A stretch of 56,758 nucleotides of DNA from Seison nebaliae. Its lineage: Eukaryota. Positions 13,539 through 25,031 of this stretch are shown here, piece after piece. A model generated the notes under the pieces. That model was not told the origin of the DNA. It worked only from the letters and a program-made list of their open reading frames with translations, and did not search any database. Position numbers and translations under genes: made by a program. Position 1 is the stretch's first letter. Each line of letters begins with the position of its first letter. The stretch spans positions 1-56,758 of the forward strand of contig JALJEE010003153.1 of assembly GCA_023231475.1 (NCBI GenBank), read 5' to 3'.

Positions 13539-14215
13539 TCACTTCTTCTTCCCGATTAGCAAATCGATGAAATCTGAACAATTTTTGTTTAAATAAATTA
13601 AATAAATTGAAATTATTGAGACGGGTTTTGGGGAACCTTTGTATCTGATGAGGCCTTCGTTGTGAGGGTCGGCTGAACCGATCAATTGATTGATTTCACT
13701 ATCTGCCATCTTCTCGCCCAATTCCATAAGATAGTTGCGGAATTCGTTTGTTGAAACTGTACCGTTATCGTCATTGTCGAACACTCGGAATGCTTCAGTC
13801 ATCTCTTCTTCGTAATCAGCTTGATTGATTTTACTGGCGATCATCATGAGGAATTCAGTGAAATCGATTGATCCATTACCTGAATTTGGGAGAATGAATG
13901 AATTGGGAAGAGCAGTTGGAAGAAATGGAAACCATCTGCGTCTACTTGTGCTATCATGACTTGTAGTTCTTTCTCTGTCGGATTTTGACCCAACGACCTC
14001 ATAACAACTCCCAATTCTTTTATAGTTATCGTACCATCGCCATCTTTGTCAAATAATCGGAAAGCCTCGCGGAATTCTAGAAAAGATATTATTGGAAAGG
14101 ATAAGAATAATGAAAGTGTACCATCAATTTGTTCTTTTGTTAATTGATCCACCTAAAATGGTCGGAAAAAAGAGGTTAGATGAATAAAGTAATATTAATT
14201 TAGGAAGGAAACCAT
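13539..14215 (-). CDS. Calmodulin-like EF-hand protein (divergent), 5 coding exons
   Basis: Spliced product [70 protein letters not shown]... An intron falls directly after the ATG and another after DADG, as in animal calmodulin genes. Confidence 0.93.
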
Positions 14216-17200
14216 TATGTGAATGATGATCTCATATATACTTGCACTTCTTATATTATGTTTTTATCTAACAAGTTTTTTTTTGTTGATAGGAAAAGAA
14301 TGTGAGGAAGTATGAGGTTCGTTTGAGAATTAGTCAGCTTCACTGCTTCTATATGTGTTGTGGTGTGTTGTGTTGCGCGTGTGTATGTGTGCGTGTGTGT
14401 GTTGCACGGAGAATGTATATTTTGAGTAAATAAGAAGAGATGAACTGGAATAAAACGAACAGATAAGAGAAATGATTGTGAGGAAAGAAAAGAAATTTCG
14501 AATTATGTTCAATCAATTCCACCAGAATCATTTTGACGCCATGTCGCTCCCAAATGAAAGAAAGAATGAGATTTATTTACAGTAACAATTCTTCCCGTTT
14601 AATAGAATAGTAATTGAAGTGGATCGAAAATGGTCAGACAAACGTTAGGGTTCGAATAATTCACATGGCAATGGGAACGAAAAGGAGCGAAAGTAATGCA
14701 AGAAAACATGGGAAACATATCAAAGAATTATCGATTTTATTTTCTCATTTATTCCATTCGATGATAACAATGACTTCTCCCTTAAAAATGAGAAGTGATA
14801 ATGAACATAATGAGGATAAGAAGATTGAAAGAGATGGAAGTATTTGTAAGAATAATATTTGTGTTATAATGACGGAGGAATAGTGAAAGGAAATAGTATG
14901 GAAGCGACTTCTTTCCCTCATCAATCTTTATCCTTCTTCTTCCTCAGTTTCCTCCTCCCTTCTCGCTTTTCAATTGGAAACTAATGGACCATGAATCAAC
15001 TAAATCTGCTTCGCATTGTTCGGCGCTGCCAATACTTAACATCGGGAATTTGAGAGCTCCAACAAAATATAATTGAACGGAATGGGAATTCGCTGACAAT
15101 AACTGTAAAGGACAAACGCTCCTCAACTTTCGTAGTAATTTGATTTCATAACATTTTTTACTAACACCCAAAAGAAAAATTGACCTCTATTTAACCCTTA
15201 ATAATTTTACACCATTTACTATATGATACATTAAATTGAATGGAAAAATTAAATTTGAAAGCCCCTTTATTTTCCTCCTTTTTTCCACCCGATTATTTAC
15301 AACTCTTCCACCTAACTTATCAATTTAATGTAGTAGGAGAACTATCTAAACAAAATTCCAACGAAAGTAAAGGAACAAATTGGGAATATGAAGAAAATGT
15401 GAAAACGAACAAGAAAATACAGATTATTATTTTAGTTTAAACTATAAAATGAATTCTAAATTCTGGTGGTAAACATCGATAACTTATGACTAATATTTTT
15501 TATGTCCTGTTTGGAAAAATGGAAACTTTTCTAACAACTTGTCGACGTTTCCTTTTATCTTAAAATTGGAGAAGGATAAAAATGCTTCTCGCTTCCGGAA
15601 TATGAGAAATTCTTTCAAATTCAACTGTCTAAAATAGATTGAGGAAGATTTGTCGTTTGGACCAATTGCTACCGAACCACTAATGGGAGTATAAGTGAGA
15701 TTAAGTGAAGTACAAATGGTTGCAATTGAGTAATGCGAAGTGGAATAGAAATTGGCAGTATATATGGAACAATTATAACTATGTTTTGACAATCCTCCTT
15801 CTAATCTTTCTAAAACGAATTTGAGTAAAAACGTCGTGTGCACTTTATAGAAAAAATACGATTTCCTTCTACGTACTTTATATGGAGATAATTGAGTCTC
15901 TCCTACCTATAAACTCAAATGAATATAATTCATCCTTCTTCAACTATTTTCTTCAAATCATTCCATAACCAACATTTCTGAGAAAATGAAACAAGGTTTT
16001 TCGAAGAAAAAATGAACCGATCTCACATGAAAATGATGAAAAAAATCAATTTCATTATCGATTTATGTAATTTATTGATATGATATGAATTACTTACAAG
16101 CTGATATTGTCAACTTACGTGAAAAAAGGAAGATCAGGATATTTATCTTTCCTCAATAACAATATCCCGAAGAGACGAAAAAGAAAATGAAGTTGATTGA
16201 TGTTTTTCACCGGAAAATAATTTCCCTTTGGAATATCATTGCTCGTCTTATTGCTTTGAAAGATAATGACATAAATGATGAAGAAGATATAATAAATAAA
16301 TCATAATTCGCATGAGGAATGGTGAAAGAATGTTGTCGGAAGAAAAAGAAAGAAAGTAGTGTTTGGTTGCGAGCACCACGTTTTCCTGTTAGGTCGAGAA
16401 TGATGTGCGGAAAATAATTACATTTAGGGAAATGGGTACACAGATGAGAATAGATGAAATAATTACAAGCTTATATTACTTCATGAACTGTTCTTGGTGT
16501 AGATTGTATATGTATATTTTTTCTGATTTATATGTCATATCACATATTATATCACCTTTTATAAGTCGTTTGTAGTATCTGGGGAATTGGTGTAGGCAAA
16601 TTTATTTATTATCAATAATGGCAACGACAAAAATATCATCAGAAGTGAACATGTTTCTTTGTAAATTTATATTGGAAATATTGATTGATTTTCCTTCTTG
16701 TCACTCGGAATAAATGTAAAACTGATCGATATGTCTACCACCTTTTTCCCAAGTCAAGTAACTAAGTGCTCTCAATGCACCATATCACACACATTTTCAT
16801 ATCGTTCAAGAAGGACGAATATAATTTTATTAATCCTAGAAACATTTCGTCCACTTCTTCCGTTTTAATTAACGTCACATCCGAAAAGTAAATGAAGAAA
16901 GTAAGAAAATCGATTACTCTTATGATTATCATTAAATTATTGGAGATTATTCGACTGAAAACATGATCAGATTCTCGAACAACCAGTTCGACAACTTCCA
17001 CTTCTCGTATGGATATGGACTCTTCATCTCTTTTTCTGTTTTATTCTTACAATTAGAATTGATGATTCTATTTCTATCTTATCTCATATATTTGACAATT
17101 GGATGGAGTTAACTACGTATGGAGAAATAAAATGGTTATTCGTTTAGATTTAGGGTAGGGAAGGGGGGAGGGGGGGGGAAGACCTCGAAATCAGAAAGGA

Positions 17201-17348
17201 AAATATTATAGTGATTATGAAATGATTACTTTTCCTTTTTGGTACACACAATTGGACGAAAGGACATCTGAAAGGAAAAAGAAATTTTTTTTAAATAATT
17301 TCCGTCTGTTCGACTCGCTGATTATCATCTCTCATCATGATTAGTCAT

Positions 17349-17362
17349 GTTGTCATAGAAAC
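17349..17362. promoter_or_regulatory. Candidate RFX X-box
   Basis: GTTGTCATAGAAAC matches GTHNYY-AT-RRNAAC exactly. It lies just past the TMEM33 stop and upstream of the minus-strand calmodulin-like gene. Confidence 0.5.
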
Positions 17363-17549
17363 GAACGGCCAAAATGAGAATGTTTAGGAAATGCAATAAC
17401 AAAATTTAATAGAAATACATATTTTTTGTAATATATTAATAATATATATCATTATGTCTCTTATAATTGGTATATTGGACAATGATGTATTAGGGAGTGG
17501 ATAAAATAATGATAATAGTAATTCCAATTGCCATGCTCCCAAACTTCCT

Positions 17550-18013
17550 TCATGGTGCCATACGACAAATCAATTCGATACATTTAAATCCACAACTTCT
17601 CAATATTTGAGGCATCCAACTTTTGTTCAAGAAGTTCGTTGCAGAAAATCGTAATTGACAGAATGCCAATCTGTTCATCAAATAAATTAAATAAGATGAA
17701 AATAAACAATTCTTACCTATTTTTCCCATTTCTTGTGGAATTATATCGCATCAGCAAAAATCGATGATAGAACATAATAAGAATGAAATATCTCTGACCA
17801 CTTTTGATAAAAAGAAGAAAAAAAATGTTATTAGTTAAACTGGAAGAAGACTAACGTCAAAACGAGAAGGATCGAATAAACGAACAACATGATTTCAATG
17901 AAAGCTGCGAATGTCAGTAATTGATCATGACATTTCGTTGCGTAGTCGTTGAATTTATTCACTAAAATACTATTAATTGTTGTTCGCTGTTTGTTTTATT
18001 ATGAATGAATGAA

Positions 18014-18046
<33 letters not shown>

Positions 18047-18469
18047 AATGAATGAAAATTATCCTAAAAAAAAATTAACTTGACGAAGTTGTTTGAAGAA
18101 GAGATTGATAGAGACGATTTGAAGAACAACAACGAGAGAGAGTGGTGGTAATAAGGCTGGACCAAAATAGAACATAAAAGTGTAGAGAAGATAATGAAGA
18201 GAATCCTCTCCCAATAATTGTTTGAGGAAATCTTGTCGAATGCGAATCGGTCCTGTTCTCTGATACAACCGCAAAGAATATGCAGCAGCTGCGCTCAACA
18301 TCACCTTCTGGAAATATGCGAATGACGCTTGAGGACTCGACGCTCCAGCTATCACATATAGCAAAGCGAAACAGAGCGACAACAGTCTTGCCCCACAGAT
18401 CAACGTGCCAGGCCAATCCATCCGCAAATATTGTACCACTGGAATCGGATTTTCAGTTTCATCGGTCAT
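17550..18469 (-). CDS. TMEM33: Transmembrane protein 33 (Pom33/Kr-h2 family), 4 coding exons
   Basis: SAAAAYSLRLYQR, LLGEDSLHYLLY, AAFIEI, FYHRFLLMRYNSTRN and a C-terminal RMAP. Three introns. Confidence 0.9.
18014..18044. repeat. (ATT)n microsatellite in TMEM33 intron 1
   Basis: Direct reading. Confidence 0.9.
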
Positions 18470-19732
18470 TTTTCTAGAAGAAATTTTTTGAATAAAAGCT
18501 ACAATTTTGAAGTATTATTATTTATATATTCATATATTCTCCCACAACCAAATCTTAGTCATCAATATGTGTTATAAGAACAATGACTCATTGATAATCA
18601 CTACTAACGATACGTATAATCACTATGAATTTCCTATATTATTACGTATTAAGTAAGTATTAGATATTTCAATAGGTAATTCCTAAATAATTTTTAAGCT
18701 AAAATTTATAGAAATACGTTTATTATTCAATTTACATGTCCAAACTATCAAAACTTTTAATTGTTCAAATGTTCATATTTCAAGCTTATTATATACGAGC
18801 AGTAAAAAATATAAATGGAAAAATAATAAAATAATTATATATTCATTTGTGTATATTCATTTCTATGCAATTTTCTTTTTCTTTTTTTTTATGCGATCCC
18901 GAGTTCATTAACTGATTAACTCTTGTTAAGCGATAGACATAATCGTTATTGGAGCATTGGAGATGATGGACGAGTTAGATTCGCGAGCTTCGGTACTTAT
19001 ACGAGAATCGAGAATTATTTCTCCCTCTTAAAAATTTATTGAAATAAAACTAACTGAAAAACCATGCTGATGAATGATCCATTTAATTTCATGTTTTTTG
19101 ATTAAATGTTTTCTAAAATTTTGATGACTCCTTCCTATTAGTCATGGGCTGCGCAACATATTTGAATGTAAAAACGGTTGAAATAGGCATATATATGACG
19201 CAAATTTGCATGAATTGTGATGGACATGTCGCGTCCGTAAATAATGATGTTCATCGATTACGGACGTCATAAATCACATCCTTCTCGATATAAGAAATTA
19301 AATTTCCTTACTTCTCGAATGGCCATTAGAACACTTCGTCGAACATAAATTCTTTTTTTAAAGGCAATTCTAATAACAAACAATATAAGGATTTGAATTT
19401 GTTTGAATTTCTAAAAAGTTAAAAAATTTTATTTTATCCATTTCAAAAATTTCATGTACGATAAACTTCTCTGTAAAATTTTACTCCTATTACTCATTCG
19501 CTACTCACTGTTCAGCCGGAGTTTTCTCGTCCGAAAAGAAAAAAAATATGGTTTAAAATTCGGAAATAATGGATGAATTATCAGTGTAATTGGTGGTAAT
19601 TTGGAAAAAAAGAATGATAATATTTTAAAATTAGAAAGATAATTTGGAACATTAAAAACGTAGAAGTTGGAGAACATTTAAAATTTAGAATATCGTTTTT
19701 GTTGAGTTTTGGTAGGACAACCATCCGATTTT

Positions 19733-21992
19733 TTACATTGTTTCACGAACACGTGCAACAATTACGAGAACGTCATCATGAGTTGTCGAATTTGACTGAT
19801 AATCTGTTAAATTTTATCATTGTTTATGAGAACGTAGAAATAAAAGGAAATGTGAAATAACTGGCAAAAGTTTGTTGAAGAATATCGCTTGCAGCATTCT
19901 TTACATTCAAAGGATGTGACATTTGATTGAGTACGTTACATAATTGGTTAGGTGAAAACACATCAAATAAACCATCACTTCCAAGAATGATGATATCATT
20001 ATCATATAACTGAATGTTTTTTTGAATATCGGAATCTTTGGCGATAGCTCTAAATTTTTAAAAAGTTTTTATTTCATTCCTTAACATTTAATATAACGTT
20101 TCGTTGAAGAAGTGTTGATTATATTCTTTCGCCATACAATACAATTGGTTTGGTACAAGTTTCTCATTTAAGATTGTTCGATACATATCATTCATATAAC
20201 TTGTCGGTTGTGATTGTTTAACAACAAAATAATATGAATTCTGTTGATTTTGTCGTACTCTTCTTAAAAGGACGAAACCCGAATCACCTAAATTTAGAGT
20301 TGTCATTGTACAAGATCGGGGATCAATGGCCACTCCACATAACGTTGTACTTCCTAACAAATTACAATGAATATAATCGTCATAATAAATATGAGTGGGA
20401 AAAAGATGATACCTAAAATTCCATTATTTTCGATATATTTCATTCCATAAGAGAAGGCACGTAACATTTCATCAGATTTCGCATTTTGAACGACCAAATA
20501 CTTCTTTGCCATTCGTAACAAGGTAGTAGGTAAGGTGCGAGGGTCAATACCATTATCCCGATTTCCGCCCACTCCGTCTGCGAGAACTAATTTATTTTGA
20601 GAGAAAAAAACAGTTTTGTTAGCATTCCCATAATAAAGAAGAAGGAAAATAAAAACGTATAAAAAGAGCATTTTCGTTACGGAATATACTTCCACAATCA
20701 TCACCAAAGTCTCCACAACTTAACGATATATTAATTTTTGAAGTTGGTGCGTGATGTGTTTTGTTCATTCCATCGACAGCCGTCTCTAATGTGATCAGAT
20801 CGTTTTCCATAGGATAAATATATCGTTGAGAATAGAGTCGCATCGCATATTTATTCATCTTCATCTGCTTAGACATCCGTTTATCATTTAGACTAGAAAT
20901 TATTGAATTTCGATTGATGGGCGCTGATTGTCGAATGGGAACTAATGAATATGGTCGTTTCCTAAGTATGTTAGATGGAAAATTATTTCTTCTTAAATTC
21001 ACTCCATTAATCGGAGTAGAGTTAAATTGTTGATTAAGTGGTCGCTGATTGGTGGCGTTAACCATCATGGACTTTGGTCGTTTCTTCAACATCTCTCGAA
21101 CATCACGACGCATTATTGAATAACGAGAGTATCTGGAGATATATTGTCCATTATTTGAAAGTTTCGAACCGATTTTTTTCTTCGTTCCTTGACGAAGGAC
21201 CACAACTGGTATTTTAACTCTTTTAATGTCATTCTTCCTTCGCGACGGCTTTTCCTTGTTCATCTTATTTTCGATTAACATTTTCTTTGTCTTTTTCCTA
21301 TTTTTCTCTTTTTTATTTCCTAATATGAAACTGTTGTCCTCCAATCCTAACAAAGAGGATTTATCAATTTTCATTGGAACTATTCCTTCAATCCTCTTCA
21401 ATTTCTTTGATTGTTTCACTTTCGTTTCTTCATTATTACTTTTCATACGATTATTACGAATACGTGACATAACTGATTGACTGAGTGGAATATGATGTCT
21501 GGATTGAGGTCTGATTACTCTCCTTTTTAACTGATTCGTATTTGCATTTGTAGTACCAGATTGTCTACCAATTGTTATGACACTCTTTGTTACTCGTCTA
21601 ACATTCATATCTTCTCTAACAAATGGTGCCATTTCTGATTGAGGTCGTTTCTTCTTCTTTTTCCTCGATCTTCTTTCTAATTCTTTTACAACAGTTTCTC
21701 TATTATTGAAATTGGCGTTATTGGAAATTTTATGTCGATCGATCATCACACTGGACTTCTTCGTTCCACTGGGATATAATCGACGCAAGAAAGAAAAGCG
21801 ATCAATCTCCTGAAGATATTTTAAAAGATTCGAATCGAAATTATAATATTCATATATCGTACTGTTATTGTTGATTTTGATATCAGTGTCGATGGCTTTT
21901 GTGAGATTAACCACCTTCTTCCTACTCTTTTTATTCGTACTAAAATTCTTTTTATTCGTTTTATAATATTTCTGCTCAATTCGCCGATCCAT
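19733..21992 (-). CDS. PPTC7: PP2C-family phosphatase of PPTC7/Ptc7 type with an about 420-aa Lys/Arg-rich N-terminal extension, 5 exons
   Basis: After splicing four introns the C-terminal part reads DFGDDC, LLADGVGG, GIDP, GSTTLC, NLGDSGFVLLR, PNQL, DIIILGSDGLFD and HDDVLVIVARV. The start codon is uncertain. Confidence 0.8.
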
Positions 21993-23095
21993 TTCGTCTG
22001 GTCGTTATTGTCTGACAAATGTATTATGTGACAATTATTTTCTATTCTGTTCCTTCCAAACTGACATATGATAAAATGAAATGAGATAATCCTCAGTCTT
22101 GAAATTTAGTTCAGTTCTCGAATGTTCAAATTGATGTGAACGTGTTCTTCGTCTGATGAGTGTTGGGTGAATTCGTTTTTAAAAATCATTCGCCTTATTA
22201 CTTTTTCCTCTCTCTAAATGACGAAGAAGGTCATCCGTCTTTCTCAACTAATTTCTGATACATCTGACAATGGACACCGAAATTGATGAACATTAAAACG
22301 AAAGTGTCGTTGTCAATGGACATAATTAATCGGTGAACGTATTAGATCATGTTCGTATATGACGAACAAATTATTTATATCTTCTCTAATGTGATCAAGA
22401 GCAGAGCAATCGAATAAAATCATCGAATAACGAATGAAAATTTATTTAGTGTAGAAGGGATACACTGTCGTCTATCTTATATATCCCACACTGATTTCTC
22501 ATGTGTCTATTTCTTATCAATCAGACTATTGTAAGTAGTTTAATAAGTTGTTCATAAAATATTTTATCCTAATTTTTTATCGGCTCATTCAATAAATTTT
22601 AACTTCTTTTCTCAACATGAGACATCTTTCACACTTCTCAACATTACTCAATTAAAATTGTTATGATAATAAAATTGTAATTGTGGAAGAATTCTGATAG
22701 TTATTTAATAGAATAAAAAAAAAGTTTCAAGCAAAATTTCTTAGAAATTTATACAAAGGAATTTCGATTGCCAGTGACGACCCAGGTTATAATCAAATTA
22801 TTTATTCACTGTGAGAAAGGAGTATCATGTTCAGAAAGGTCAGAGTACATATATGTCCAAACCACCTTCTTCAAAAACCATTTTTATTAAAGGACTTTAG
22901 TACATTTTTCACAGCCATTTCACAACAGGCCACTGAACTTTTTTCCTTTATAAAACTCTTTACATTCATCCTCAATTTGTGTACATTTGAAAATAAGGTG
23001 AAAAAAATCTTCCATTTTTTTCACAGGTTACTTCTGGTTGTTTACTAAACTTTGTTTTATTTAAAATTAAAATTAAATCAAATACTTTCATCAAA

Positions 23096-23860
23096 ATGGA
23101 AACGATTATCGAACAGCAAACTATTGGAGGTGAATGGAAGAAATTGAAGGAATCATTCTTCTATTTCATTCATTTCTTATACCATCATTACACCACCATA
23201 TTCATGAATAATATGAAAAGTCGATATCATCGATCAGTCGAATATACGAACGACAAAGTGAAAAGTCTACCAGTTATATCTACCGTTGTCCAATATTCTT
23301 ATGTGATTTATACGAAATGGAGCAATTTCAGTTTTTCCGATCTCAAACGAACAATGTTCTCAGTGCCATCCATCGTCATTTCATTCATTTTCGCAATAAT
23401 AAAAGAATCAAAATTTATTCAATTCATTCTGCAACAGAAGCCGATTGAATATATGGTCAGATTAACTTCTCGAATCATCAATGTTGACATCAAATCCAAA
23501 ATTACCGATAATAAGGTCAAATATTTATTTATTTTTTAAATTTCTCAATTTTCTTTTTTCTCCACTGAACTTAAGACAGATAAAATCGAAGGTACAATAG
23601 ATCAACAGAGATTTGGAACTACACGAACGATAGAAGATGACCAGAATAATGATGCAGATGATGAAGCAGAAGATGAAGTAGATGAGAAAATTTCGGAGGA
23701 AGATTCTGACGATGATTCACAGAATACGTCATCCAATGTCTCACCAAATAAATCTTTGGTGTTTCCATCTAACACGGAAAATGTTTCGACCTCGTCCCCC
23801 ACATCCACCAACAGTCCATCAACAACAATTTCTTCTGGAACTATAGACGAAAATGAATGA
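23096..23860 (+). CDS. Unknown 234-aa protein with an amphipathic/hydrophobic N-terminal half and an acidic, Ser/Thr-rich tail, 2 exons
   Basis: A 60-nt intron (23516-23575, GTC..AAG) joins the 140-codon first exon in frame to a 95-codon exon ending at TGA 23858-23860. Confidence 0.75.
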
Positions 23861-25000
23861 GAAGCGTAAAAATTCTATTTTTCCATATTCTTCTTCATGT
23901 AAACATCAAGTATCAAACTAATTTATTAGTTTTTACCACTTTTCCACATCCTCTTCATTCTACTCTGCTTCGTCATAAAGTTTTCGTTCGTACAAATTGA
24001 TCATTTCATCACCATTATTTTAAGGATATATATTTATAAAATTTTTATGAGAATATATTTATTACATTTTTGTTTTGAGTAAACTAATGTTGAAAAGAAA
24101 CATTCAATTCACATATACTTGAGGAGTAATTGATGCAAGAAATAAGAGTGACTATGAAATTTTATGAGACAAGAAAGTAAACTGCATTTTCTACAATCAT
24201 TCTAAACGTTAATAATTCTAAAGAAATTCGATGTGAACTCTTAATTGTTTATATAAAACGAATCACCTGAAAAACATACAAGAAATAGTTTTCATTCGAA
24301 TTGTGCAAAGTTTGAATTATATGACGGTGATGATTTTTGTAGAATTGAAGTGGCACAAACGAATATTAAGACAAGATAAAGGAGTTAAACTTCGATTTGA
24401 GGGAAAAAAAGGGAAAGGAGGAGTTTCTTTATTGGGATACGGCGCTGCTAATCGCATTTCATCATTTTCTAATGGATTCTGGTAAATGGAGAGGAGAATT
24501 ATTAAATTATTTTGCTCACGAAATGAAAAGGTAAATAAGTAGAAAATTTGCATTTTCTACCAGCAATGAAAGAAAACTAACTAGTAATTTGGCGGAACAA
24601 TCGTCTACAGATGTTCTACATATAGGTGTGTGTGTGTAGGAGTTGGGGAAACGGTGTTGTAGCTGAATATGAAATATGATCATATGTAGACGTTTACATC
24701 ATTGGAAGGAGATGAGACAACAGAAGAGATATAGATATTACTTAAGAGAGATAACATTCGTCTCATGAACAAAAGAATAAATAATTCCGTTTCAGATTAC
24801 GCAAATAATCAATAAAATATGTTTCCAATTACTCAATCAATCGTATCCGCATCTCCCGAAATAAAGAACGTTGTCGATTGAGATTATTTCCAATCGGATA
24901 GAGGTACATGTGGCAATATCATGAGTTGAATATTAGATAGATCATAGTAAAAGCAATAAACGATTTAAGTAACACAATCGATGTTATTAAACGATCGTCG

Positions 25001-25031
<31 letters not shown>
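25001..25031. repeat. (CAT)n microsatellite
   Basis: Direct reading. Confidence 0.9.

Noticed and set aside
15490..15843. 117-aa minus-strand ORF, and a faint LINE-RT-like pattern on the plus strand (LEKDKNASRFRNMR...LDQLLPNH)
   Set aside because: No recognisable family for the ORF, and the RT resemblance is too degenerate to support without a profile search.
18470..18550. Acceptor directly upstream of the TMEM33 ATG as evidence for spliced-leader trans-splicing
   Set aside because: A plausible cis donor (GTTGTG) lies about 74 nt upstream, so an ordinary 5' UTR intron explains it.
19225..19325. SECIS-like reading of the hairpin on the minus strand (ATGA...AA...GA) with the short ORF MAIREVRKFNFLYREGCDL-TGA (CxxU-like)
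   Set aside because: The GA quartet is out of register by one nucleotide, the AA is too far from the core, the TGA is itself part of the hairpin, and a TAA follows two codons later.
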